NCBI GenBank assembly: GCA_010093605.1
Contig: MU004192.1
Span: 1,310,882-1,347,833 of the forward strand
From: Lophium mytilinum
Lineage: Eukaryota
Reading direction: 5' to 3'
Length of the DNA stretch: 36,952 nt
Positions 1 to 10,277 of the stretch are shown piece after piece (the stretch's first letter is position 1; the number at the start of each line of letters is the position of its first letter). The position numbers were made by a program, and so were the translations under genes. The notes below the pieces were generated by a model that saw nothing but the letters and a program-made list of their open reading frames with translations, did no database searches and had not been told where the DNA came from.

Positions 1-2107
1 TCGGTTTCCACCAATGCAAGTACGGGTACAATGACACCTTGGATGTGGCTGAAGTTGTTGCAAACTATTCCACAGCCGGAATCCCTCTCGAAGTCATGTG
101 GACGGATATTAATTACATGGACAAGCGTCAAGACTTCACGACAGATCCCGAGCGTTTCAAGCTGAGCATGATGCGGGAGCTTGTTGACGTATTGCATAGC
201 CGTAACCAGCGATATGTTCTAATCATTGACCCTGGAATCCATGTAGCGTCAAACCTCAGCTCATACAAGCGAGGCGTAGACCAAGATGTCTTTTTGAAGA
301 CCGCAAACGACGCCTTATACCACGCCGTCGCTTGGCCTGGCGTAATTGCATATCCGGATTGGCTTGCTCCAACTACTGAGGAGTGGTGGACGGGCGAGCT
401 TGGTCACGCTTTCGACCCGAAAACGGGCATTGATATCGATGGTGTTTGGTAAGCATGCTTTCTACGAATCAACCTCGAGAGCCGTTGGCGAAACTTGACC
501 CAAACTATGTGCTAATGCTTTTTAGGATCGATATGAATGAAGCCTCAAACTTTTGTGGGGATGTAAAATGTGTCCCTGAAGGTAGGATCAATTTTGTCTG
601 AAATGGATTCTCACAACATACTAACATGTGTCCAGTGCTTGCCCAGCAGGATAATATCCCACCAGAACCCGCGCAGGCACCTCGGAACGACACTGGCCGC
701 CGCATTCCTGGCTTTCCCCAAGACTGTAAGTACGCTAGAACAACATATCAGATGCTCTTTCGTCGGGTTCTCTGAAGTGCTGCTCGAGTCGAGTTTTCAG
801 AAGCCCCTCAAGCAGTTCCTAAGAACTTCGGCGGCTAAGAGGATTTGATAACTGTTCCACCCATCCCCCTATACCATTCTTTTCTGACCATCCCCGTTAC
901 AGTCCAGCCTCATTCAAAGCGCGACTCCGGAGACGGAATGAAAGGCATCGCGGGCCGCAACCTTCTCAACCCTTCCTACGGCATTCACAACCACCAAGGC
1001 GACATCTCAAACCGCGCCATCTGGACTAACATCTCCAACTACGACGGTACCGCCCAATACGACACCCACAATTTCTACGGCACCATGTCAGCCTACACCA
1101 CCCGCGCCGCTATGCTGGCCCGCCGCCCCACAAAGCGTCCCTTCGTCCTCACCCGCAGCACCTTCTCGGGCGCCGGGCGCCAAGTCGCTCACTGGTTCGG
1201 CGACAACGCCTCGCTATGGGATCACTACCGCACCTCCATCCAGCAGATGCTGACATTCGCCTCCCTGCACCAGATGCCCATGGTCGGCAGCGACGTGTGC
1301 GGCTTCAACTTGGACACAACCGAGGACCTGTGCGCGCGTTGGGCCATGCTCGGCGCCTTCCAGCCCTTCTACCGCAACCACGCCGATATTACCGCGGCCA
1401 AGCAGGAGTTCTACCTGTGGCCGATCGTCACGAAGGCCGCGAAGAAGGCGATTGACGTCCGGTATAAGCTCGCGGACTACATCTACACTGCGTTGTATAG
1501 GCAGACGCAGAATGGCACGCCGCTCGTGTCGCCGCTGTTCTTCGCGTACCCTAACGACACGAACACGTTCGCCATCCAAACGCAGTGGCTGTACGGCCCT
1601 AGTCTCCTCGTGTCGCCTGTTATGGACCAGAACAGCACGAGCGTCAGCATCTACCTCCCTGACGACATTTGGTATGACTACTGGACCGGTAAAGCAGTCC
1701 GCGGTCACGGCAAGAGCGTCACACTGAACAATCTCGCACTTACGGATATCCCGCTGCACATCAAAGGCGGTAGCATCATTGTCCAACGCGCTTTCTCGGC
1801 TATGACGCTGGATGAGGTCCGCAAGCAGGACTTCAACATCACGATTGCGCCAGGCCTAGATGGGACTGCGCACGGGTCGCTGTATGTCGACGACGGGGAG
1901 AGCTTAGTGCAAGACCCGCTCCTCGATCTCGAGTTCGACTGGGATGGCGAGAATTTGGTTGGGAGTGGGTATCTTCCGTCGGCTGAGATGCAAGTCATGA
2001 ATGTCCAGATCCTCGACCCGGAGTCTGCGAGTAGTGCGGGGCATAAGCGGGCTGTCAGCGTGGATGGGCCGTGGAAGTTGAGCGAGGGGTTCAAGTGGAG
2101 TCTATGA
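1..2107 (+). CDS. Glycoside hydrolase family 31 alpha-glucosidase, 5' partial; exons <1-448, 526-581, 636-725, 903-2107
   Basis: GFHQCKYGY and GIPLEVMWTDINYM motifs. The catalytic WIDMNE is rebuilt across intron 449-525 (GTAAGC..GCTAAT..TAG). Also RPFVLTRSTF, HWFGDN, VGSDVCGF and WAMLGAFQPFYRNH. Introns 582-635 and 726-902 are canonical and keep the frame. Confidence 0.95.
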
Positions 2108-2971
2108 TTGGGCGGAGGAGTGTGTGAGATCCGGCGACGGATGGGTTTTTGGATGTCAACTACACTGCATCTTCTAGCACTGCTGGATGATGTGTAGGGT
2201 TGGCATTCGGGAAGATTCTGCATATTGCTTGCGCGCAAGAACTGCTTGCTGCTTGCTACCTTTTCTTGGTGCTTGGTCCTGCATATAACGATCACGAATT
2301 ATAGATAAGACCTTTCGTCTTCTCTACCTCAGATATCTGTGTTACTATGGTGCACTTGATTTCATGTGAATTTACAGCTGGTGAATTATGTTTCTAGGCA
2401 TTTCGCCACAGAAAAAAGTACTTTAGTACTTAGTTACGTAACGATATACCAGGATAGATATTCACTTCATCATCATTGCGCCCAGCACCGCCTCATCCCC
2501 ACCACCTCATTCCCCAAAATCACCAGACGCGGCAACATGATATCCCCAGATATTACATGTGCCCGCGTGCGCTCGTGGTGGTGTTCTACTGAACCCATGT
2601 CCCATAATGTCGTAGCCGACGACAGCCGCCCCACGCACAGCCAGCTCAGTCTGTGGTACAGGTACTGCGCGCCCACAAATTGCCATACTCTATATTTTGC
2701 TAGTTGACGTGCGCGGTGCGAGGTGTCGCTGAAGGTGGGGGAGATTGTAAATGCCGCGGGAATAAGGCGGACGATGATGGTATCTGGGGTTTCCCAAAAC
2801 CTTCGGGTATTGCGTCTAGCCGACGGGTGTCTGCAGGTGGGGCATCCGAGGCGGAGAGTGTGCCATTCATATGACGGCGGCAACGTGAGCACGATAGGGA
2901 TCGGAGACGCGTTTGTCCGTTTGTCGTTTGTTGTTCTGTGTTATACTGTATCGTATCGGGAGAGGATTGAT

Positions 2972-4388
2972 TCAGTCCGGACCTAGTAACAGCTCTTGAA
3001 CACTGTTGGCGACAGTATTGCTACTGGGAGCCGATTCTTCGGGATTGTCGTAGCTGACTTCGATGGAGTTCTTAGGCCTGTTCTTGTTGAGACCTTCGAG
3101 TAGGACGCAGGCTTTGCAGATTTCCTGGCTCGAGAGGTAGCCACAGCGGGCGCATTGGCCCATGGTTTGCTTAGCAGGCTGCTTGCGGGCACCATGAGGA
3201 GGTCCCTTCAGCTTCTTCCCCTTCTTACCGCTCACTAGTGGTATAGCGTCCGAGTCTGGGGGGTTTGGGGGCTTCGTGCCAGCTGTTGTAATCTCGACCT
3301 CCAGACCCTCTTCAGCCGCAACCTCGGTCTGTGTGAGCTGCTTCTCCATGGAAGCCATCTCTCCTCCTGATGTTCGTCCATTGGAGCTCCCACAACCACC
3401 TTCTTCTTCCTCTACGATTGTAGCGTGCCCTCCGCAGCCATTCCCGCAACTCTCGTTCCCACCAGGCACAAGTTTAGCCATGTCTTCACCACTCCGCACA
3501 ACATCCAGTATGGCACTAGGGCGTACTCGTTCGAGGTTCTTGATCAGGGCGCGAGCGCTGCCTCGGAAGGCTTCTGGCGAGTATAGGCATTCGGTGCTGA
3601 AGTAATCGAGGTTCTTGTGGTGAGCATAGAGCACAATCTCCTTCTCATAGGCGTATTTGAGAGGCTTGCTCCGCTTTATGTTCGTGTGTGAGGTCGTCTC
3701 AGGAGAGGATGGGACAATAGAAGGCGTCGAAGTTACGATTGAAGTCGTTCGAGAGAGTCTGGGTAGGTCTCCACGGAGCACTAGCAGGCGCGAAGGCCGT
3801 CAGCAACCCAGTCTTCCATCCCTGGGACAAAGGAAGGAAGCACTCACAGTTCATCAACACCGTTTCCGCAACATCATCGGCGTTGTGTCCCGTAACCACA
3901 TGTCTGACTCCCAGCTTGGCTGCCCCTCGATCCAGAGCCTGCCTCCGGAAGACACCACAGTACGTGCAATTCCCTTTCTTACCAACCTGCTCCACGACCT
4001 GATCCATTGTCCATCCATATAGCTCATCGTAACCCAGTATTGTCAGCGGCATATCGTACTGTTTCGCATTGCGCTTGACGGTCTCGAGGGAGTCATCCCG
4101 GTAACCCTTGATGCCCTCATCGATCGAGAGTAGTATTAGCTCCACACCATAGTCGTATCGCTCGTTGAGAGTCTTCAGCACGCTCGCGAGTACTGTGCTG
4201 TCTTTGCCGCCCGATGCCCCGATAGCAATACGTTCGCCGCGATGGAAGAGGTTGTTGGTGGTGATTGTGTGGTGGATTTCGGCCTCGAAAACGGAGATGA
4301 AGCAAGGCTTGCAGAGCTTCTGGTGGTTCTTCGGACGTAGGATCAGTGCCCGATTAGTTTGGCAGACGGCACAGGGAGAGGGTGCCAT
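2972..4388 (-). CDS. NCS6: Cytoplasmic tRNA 2-thiolation protein 1; exons 4388-3848, 3780-2972
   Basis: N-terminal CxxC pairs, PP-loop [40 protein letters not shown] and C-terminal CxxCGY..CKAC. The 67-nt intron 3847-3781 (GTGAGT..CTAG) joins VLMN-LLRGD. Confidence 0.96.
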
Positions 4389-5582
4389 GCTGTCCTTAAA
4401 TTATTATTTTGGAGGTGGTTGAAGGTGGTGGAGGGGCGGCGCTGAGGGGCGCCTAGGAATTTTGGCTGGGGTCTCAGCAGAGAGCTTTGGTACGCGCGAG
4501 TCATTGCACGCCGTCATTGTTTCGATACTAAAGACGATATTTTCGCTGCTATTGTGATGATGCTACCATCGGTCTTGTTATCTTAAATCACTGTCACTGA
4601 GACGCGCTGCTGAGTGCTTTCAGGTAATTGGAGGGAAAAGTTCAAAGAGGCATGCCAATGCCGCCGCCAAACGATGAAGGATAGCATTCTTGAGGACTAC
4701 GATGCTTTAAGGCATATGTCGCCGTCTCCCTGACTTTTATAGCTATATCCCTCAGCCACTCTTCGCAATTGGAGCAAAAATCCTCGTTTTCAATCTCTTT
4801 TTGCCCGCTTCAAAGGCTACTACGTGCGAAGGATCAGATTATATCAAGAAGTAAGCAACACCAGCCGAAACCCTCTAAATATGCGGTTGACCATCTGCAG
4901 CTACGCTCATAAAGCTTTAGATCCTTCCCACCTTAGCATCGCGGATGCTCCGGCGGACACTCCCGCCCTCCCGCCTCCGAAAGGTCTCGACCAGACTCTC
5001 ATCCACCTGCCTTCTCCAGGCATTGCTCGACTTCAGCCTCCATATCAAGAGCCTCTGATGCCGCAGTCTCGACCAATGCTAGCGTTTCTGCGACATCGAG
5101 CCTTACAGAAACATATATTCGGTCATAAATCTGGTAGAATCGCCAGGGACACTCGGAATTCCGCTCTGTTGAAACACAGCAATCCCTCCACGGCCTTGTC
5201 GGTAGGGCAGTCTTCGAGTGCGGCAGAACGGCTATAACTGCTTCAAGGCAATTCACTGACGCCGGCGGAGAATACCGTCGAGCGGAACGACGCATGTGGC
5301 TATTACCTAGCACAAGCTCATCGGTATACTACACATGAGTCAATCGCGAAGGGCGCAGGAGGATTAGTCAGAACGAAAGCTGTTCGGTGGCCCCTGGTCA
5401 TTATAGAGTTAGGGCTTACAGTGGTTCCATCTTGCTGGTTATACAAGTAGCACCGAACTGCGGCATTCTTTCATACAACATCAAGGAAGCTTCCCCAATT
5501 CAATTTCCCAGACAGAGTTTTGAAACCATTTTCCATCTTCTACTGCTTTTGTAACCTGCTCGGTGCTTCGAGAAGTATCGAC

Positions 5583-6622
5583 ATGGCTTCTGTCACCCCA
5601 AACTCGGAATATATTGTGCGGCCTGCAAAGTCTCTCGAAGAAGCACGCGACTTTTGGTGGCCTCAAATGCAGAAGCTGCAGTGGGTATGATCAAGTTTTA
5701 TTAGGAAACTACTGTTCTGCTCTGGTAACTAGACTCTCAATAAGGCAAGACGCTAACAAACTCTCAGTCCCGCGACTTCAATGACGGCCAGACCCACTAC
5801 ACGGTCGCAGGAAAAGAGGGCTGGCTAGTTGTGCAATCCAGAGACGACGAAACGGCTGAGGGCTGCATCGTCCCATTTGTCTACGCCAACAGCACCGGTT
5901 GGGTAGGCTTCTTCATCGTAAACGAGCAGCACCGCGGCAAAGGATGGGGCGCGGCCTTGTTCAGATCTCTTCTAAAGTTTTATGCCGACCACAACACCGG
6001 TATCGTTGGACTCGACGGTGTCGCTGAGCAAGTGCCGACGTACGAGCGCAGGGGCTTTGTTACGAAATGTCCCCTAGTCCTCATGGTGCGTCCATCGGCG
6101 AGTGAGGCACCCTTAAGCAAGGCGGTCTTTGAACCGGAAGAAGGCGAGAAGCTGGTAAATCTCCGTGAGGTTCCGCAGAAGCTCCTAGTTGAGAGCGACC
6201 TCGCCCACACCGGATTCGAGCGCCCCAAACTGTGGTCCGACGAAGCATTGTTCTCCCGTCCTGACGTCTACGGATACGCCCTCGTTTCCTCCACAGACGC
6301 AAACAAACTCCTTGGCTGGGTTATGGTCCGTCGAATGGAGCACGGGCACCGCTTTGGACCTCTGCTCGCTGATTTGTACAAGCAAGCGTCCGTTCTCCTG
6401 AATAAAGCAATGCAGGATATCGAAAGTTCAAAGGGCAGCATGGTGGCAGAGATATTCTCCCCGAATCCTGAGGGTAGGAAGGTCTTTGAAGAGCTTGGCT
6501 GGGTGTGGGGTGGTGTTGATTATCATCGAATGTGGCTGAATGGGAAGGCCCCAAAGGAGCAAGATGTCGGCGGACGAGGGGAGAAGGGAATGTTTGCAAT
6601 CTTCGACGCGGCCGAGGGATAA
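5583..6622 (+). CDS. GNAT-family N-acetyltransferase (YitH-like two-domain type); exons 5583-5684, 5768-6622
   Basis: Acetyl-CoA motif A (FIVNEQHRGKGWG), LDGVAEQVPTYERRGF, and a C-terminal RFGPLLAD segment. Intron 5685-5767 (GTATGA..GCTAAC..CAG) links ATG 5583 in frame to the 5831 ORF. Confidence 0.88.
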
Positions 6623-6649
6623 ACGGTCTGAGTATGATAGGGTCTCATA

Positions 6650-7075
6650 ATTGCACACTCTCTTGGCCGACTGGCTACCTTTCTGCCAGGGCCCTCCTCA
6701 CAGTGGTGTTCATCGAACAAAGGTCCACCCGAGAATGCGAACGATGGCAAGCTTCACATATTGCACTTCCTCTTGGCCGACTAGCTACCTTCCTGCCAGG
6801 GCCCTCCTCGCAGTGGTATCTATCAAACAAAGATCCACCCGAGAATGCGAACCGGTAAGCTTCGCATATTGCACATCCTCTTAGCCGACTGGCTACCTTC
6901 CTACTAGGGTCCTCCTCTCAGTGGTATCCATCGAACAAACGACCACCAAACAGGCCACGAGTTAGCTATAAGGTTCTCTAAATGGTTGGAACTACAACGC
7001 GAAAGTAAGCTTCGCATATTGCACTCCCTCTTGACCGACTGGCTGCCTTCCTACTAGAGTCCTCCTCACAGTAGT
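6650..7075 (+). repeat. Tandem array of the dispersed core repeat family; units start at 6650, 6760, 6868, 7018 (spacing 110/108/150 bp)
   Basis: ATTGCAC..TCTTGGCCGACTGGCTACCTTCCTGCCAGGGCCCTCCTCACAGTGGT is seen four times with substitutions. Confidence 0.92.
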
Positions 7076-7110
7076 TACACATATGTGCACAATTGCAGCG
7101 ATCCTTTCGA

Positions 7111-7410
7111 TATAAAGCTTTTAAAACTTTAACATCGTGCCCCCTATATTTACACCCCCACCGGCCACCTGAAACGCCATTGAACATCCCTTAAAACCGT
7201 ATAATTCTATCCCTTCCAATATGAAGCTTTGAAACTTTAACATTACGTGCTCATATTTACAACCCCACCGGCCGCCTCAAACGCTATCAAACACCTTTCA
7301 AAACCATACAATCCTATCCCGTCCAATATGAAGCTTTGAAACTTTGACATCGTGCTCTCTATAGTTACACCGCCGCAAGCCACCTCAAATGGTGCTACCA
7401 AGCGCGCAAG
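7111..7410 (+). repeat. Tandem array of ~108-bp units (7111, 7220, 7327) carrying a diverged version of the same core
   Basis: TATGAAGCTTTGAAACTTTAACAT..TATTTACA..CCCCACCGGCC(A/G)CCTCAAACGCTATCAAAC repeated about three times. Confidence 0.9.
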
Positions 7411-7489
7411 ATTGAAGCCGCGGGACTACAACATCGAACTCACAGGCCTTTCCAACCGCGAATGCGATGTTAAGATAAACACCATAGAT

Positions 7490-8095
7490 ATCAAGCTACC
7501 TTTTGACTACTACGCCACATGCTAGTTACGCCACCCCTAAAAGTGCTATCAAGCGTGTTAATTTCGCGCTTCAGGACCGAGACAGGTTTAGGCACTCCTT
7601 CCGACGTCTGGGTGTACTTTAGCCGGTTTTCAAAATCCTAAATACTATGTAAAGGTTTACACAGTAGAGATTGGACTACCTTTTAACAACGCTGGTACTT
7701 GCTAGCTAGGGTACTCCACACGGTACTAAACACATGCCAAACGCCAGTAAAAAGAATCTAGCACGACACAACGTGCTAGCTTTAACAAGTTGTTCAATCT
7801 GTCAAAAGGCAGGTCAATTCGGCGCGTGCGGGTTTTAACAACCTATCTCTTGATTTTTGGCACTGCTAGAGGACTTCAGACGGTATCAAACACCTGCTAA
7901 ACGCTGGGAATCAGAGTCCTGACCTGCTAGCTGGGGTGCTCCTAACAGCGGTATCACGTAAGCAAAACTGGAGTTGACGACGTTGATACTTGCTAGCTGG
8001 GGCCCTCCTGACAGTAGTGTCGATTGGGCAAAAATGGAGCTTTTTAGTTTCATGCACATATACGAGCCACCTCAGATAGCGGTAAACAACAAGAA
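7490..8095 (+). repeat. Degenerate copies of the core repeat (cores near 7530, 7711, 7935, 8002, 8066)
   Basis: GCTACCTTTTGAC..GCTAGTTACGCCACCCCTAAAAGTGCTATC, ACCTGCTAGCTGGGGTGCTCCTAACAGCGGTATC and ACTTGCTAGCTGGGGCCCTCCTGACAGTAGTGTC. Confidence 0.75.
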
Positions 8096-8138
8096 ACCAG
8101 CTTGAAATTCAGATCGTGCTATCAATACGCCCCAAAAA

Positions 8139-8228
8139 AACTCCCCAAAGCAACCAGGAACTCCCCCAAACAATTTCCCGAAGCAACGACAACGCCTCCA
8201 AACAACTCCCCAAAGCAACCGGAACGCT
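8139..8228 (+). repeat. ~32-bp minisatellite, 3 copies
   Basis: AACTCCCCAAAGCAACC / CAATTTCCCGAAGCAAC / CAACTCCCCAAAGCAACC at ~8139, 8171 and 8203. Confidence 0.8.
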
Positions 8229-8998
8229 CACGCCGTGGCGGTCCTAAAGATCTTTCTTGGGACAGTGAGGGCCCTCACAGGGGCGGTAGGCCGCTTACGC
8301 GGCGTCATGCGGAACCCGCAGCTCAGTTCCTCCCACCCCAAGAACTCACACAAAGGCTCCCACCCGTCGTCCTCATTCCACTCCAACAACTTCACGTTCT
8401 TCTCCTTTGCCACCCGGCGTACCCACGCATTGTGCCTTTCAAACAGCTTTGGGTGATGTATCAACGACATTCCATACCGTTCTTTGAGAAGATGGTCCCG
8501 GGACGCCACGTACACGCCCGTCTCGCTGCCGACAGCCAGCCGATTGAAGCCATGCGCGACGGCCTGTCCGGGGATCGCGAGTAAGCTTTTCGCCTTATAG
8601 TGACGCCAAGGGCCCGCCGACGGTGCTCTTGTGTTCAAGATCAACCGCACATTGGGGTAGATATCGCAGAGCTCCTCCACGAAGTAGCACGCCGGGGCCT
8701 CGGTGACGATCTTGTAGCTGCCGAAGAGCTCGCGCAGGGTACGGCGACGGTGGCTGTTCAGCTCGGGCTCGCTAAGGCGCTGGCGCATTGCACTTGATGT
8801 CAGAAGGAACTGGTCATATGTGAAACCTCCCTTCTTGGCCATGGAGGGCATCAGAGCGTTGTAAACTCGGGGGATAAGACCGTCTAAAGCTCGGTAGATG
8901 GCGCTGAGCTCAGACGGAGGGTCCGGCATGCCGACAACTGCGACTAGGACGCCGTTTCCGGACAGATACGGAGGGCAGTTTGCTGTCTGGCGTGTCAT
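8228..8998 (-). CDS. Sulfotransfer_4-like P-loop protein (family often labelled 'NAD-dependent epimerase/dehydratase' in fungi); degenerate
   Basis: LFGSYKIVTEAPACYFVEELCDIYPNVRLILNTR and FERHNAWV..LLEWNEDDGWEPLCEFLG match the family pattern. The N-terminal G(L/M)PRTGT loop is replaced by GMPDPPS. Confidence 0.7.
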   Translation of the reverse strand: MTRQTANCPPYLSGNGVLVAVVGMPDPPSELSAIYRALDGLIPRVYNALMPSMAKKGGFTYDQFLLTSSAMRQRLSEPELNSHRRRTLRELFGSYKIVTEAPACYFVEELCDIYPNVRLILNTRAPSAGPWRHYKAKSLLAIPGQAVAHGFNRLAVGSETGVYVASRDHLLKERYGMSLIHHPKLFERHNAWVRRVAKEKNVKLLEWNEDDGWEPLCEFLGWEELSCGFRMTPRKRPTAPVRALTVPRKIFRTATA

Positions 8999-9004
8999 GG
9001 TGGG

Positions 9005-9310
9005 GGACGCCTGGAGGTGTCAAGACGGGTGCAGAAGAGAACGGCCAGAGGCTGTGATTGAGGGCGGGCTTGTCAATGCGCTCGACGGAGAGGCGGATTC
9101 GAGATGCCGAGAGAGTGCTTTTGATGGATGGGTTGTCAGGATAGAGGACGCCTGGAGGTGTCAAGACGGCTATAGAAGAGAGCGTCTGGAGGCTGTGATT
9201 GAGGGCGGCTTGTCAATACGATCGAAGGAGAGGCTGATTCGAGATGCCGAGAGAGGTAATCTTGATGCGTGGCTTGATGCAATGAGGGACGTCTGAAGTA
9301 ATCAAGATGA
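9005..9310 (+). repeat. 141-bp tandem duplication (9005, 9146, partial third copy at 9287)
   Basis: GGACGCCTGGAGGTGTCAAGACGG..GAGGCTGTGATTGAGGGCGG..GATTCGAGATGCCGAGAGAG occurs twice, and a third start GGACGTCTGAAG follows. Confidence 0.92.
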
Positions 9311-9460
9311 AGTGAAAGACTTTAGGCTATGAATTGTGAGCTGTGCGAAGAATAAGGAAACGGAGGATGCGGTGGTGAAGAACGAAGAAGGTGAGAAGTG
9401 AGAGGAAAATCTATACCTAGGGCGGACTGATATCATGGCAACGGCAGGTCGATGTTGATT

Positions 9461-9509
9461 GCAGGTACGTCCCTCCGGTGGAAAGTAATGTCCCGAGGGA
9501 CGTACCTGC
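9461..9509. other. Perfect 15-bp inverted repeat with a 19-nt spacer
   Basis: GCAGGTACGTCCCTC (9461-9475) and its reverse complement GAGGGACGTACCTGC (9495-9509). Confidence 0.9.
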
Positions 9510-9529
9510 GAGGGTGTCTGATGCAGGTG

Positions 9530-9690
9530 TGATGAATGTGGATGAAGGTTGGACGAAGGTGAGTAGAAGGTTAGGTGGAAGGTTGGAAGAAGGTCGATGA
9601 AGGTGGATGAAGGCGGGTGGAAGGCCAGGTGGAAGAAGGTGGAAGGTTGGGTGGAAGGTTGGGTGGAAGGTTGGGTGGAAGGTTGGATGG
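9530..9690 (+). repeat. G-rich simple repeat, (GGAAGGTTGGGT)n with degenerate variants
   Basis: Several exact 12-mer copies at ~9641-9686 and degenerate GAAGGT(T/G)GG copies upstream. Confidence 0.9.
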
Positions 9691-9699
9691 AGTGTTAAG

Positions 9700-10056
9700 A
9701 GCGAACCGCCGGGGCCGACCTTCGGCGATCTTCAGAGTAGATCATAGGACAAGATCCGTAACGAAGGCAGCTTGATAGCATGATAAAGGTAAGGTCTGCA
9801 GGTGCATACAGTCCCAGGCCTCAAGTCTGGGGACTTGCCCACTCAACACCACTGTTGGGGGTAGCCTGACTGCTGAGCAGACAATTGGTCAAGAGGCAGT
9901 CTGATCTGCATTGCTTGAAGCTTGACATCGCCCTCGAGTCTTCGAAACCCTGTGGGTGTACCCCAAGCAGTGGCGTACTAGTGTGCGTAATATCCCGTGA
10001 CTATCACGGCCCCTTCCCAACCTTGCCGACTTCGCAGGTATGAATGCCCCGGGAAA
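9700..10056 (+). ncRNA. Candidate structured non-coding RNA (unassigned)
   Basis: A run of adjacent hairpins, several with G-U pairs on the + strand, including a multi-branch junction at ~9797-9915. No credible ORF, and no match I can recognise to a known RNA family. Confidence 0.3.
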
Positions 10057-10277
10057 GAAGTGAAGGAAGAGAAGGAAGAGACTGAATAACGAAGGAATGC
10101 GGCACAGGATGTGGTCAAGAAGACAGGTTTGTTATACAGGGTTCTACATGCGCGGTCTATGCTACACGCCAATACACAGATGAAGCCATGAGTGCTGAGA
10201 ACCGCTCTCGAGCCAGCCAATTCGATGTTTGATATTCGCCCCTAACTTACAACTTCCAACGTGGTCTTTGGAGGTGG

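Noticed and set aside
2366..2986. Overlapping 87-139 aa ORFs between GH31 and NCS6
   Set aside because: No recognisable motifs, mostly non-ATG starts, and they lie in converging 3' regions.
4824..5313. ORFs of 137 aa (+) and 104 aa (-) between NCS6 and the GNAT gene
   Set aside because: No domain recognised. A CPWR tetrapeptide alone is too weak to call a transposase relic.
6532..6884. ORFs with internal peptide repeats (also 8102-8584 and 8898-9296)
   Set aside because: They are translations of tandem DNA repeats or antisense to another ORF.
9300..10270. Telomerase RNA, RNase MRP/P, U1 or group I intron identity for the structured segment
   Set aside because: No TAACCCTAA-type template. 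AAGTCCCC on the minus strand lacks a downstream GGGGCT partner, there is no ATACTTACCT, and the group I R/S elements do not pair.
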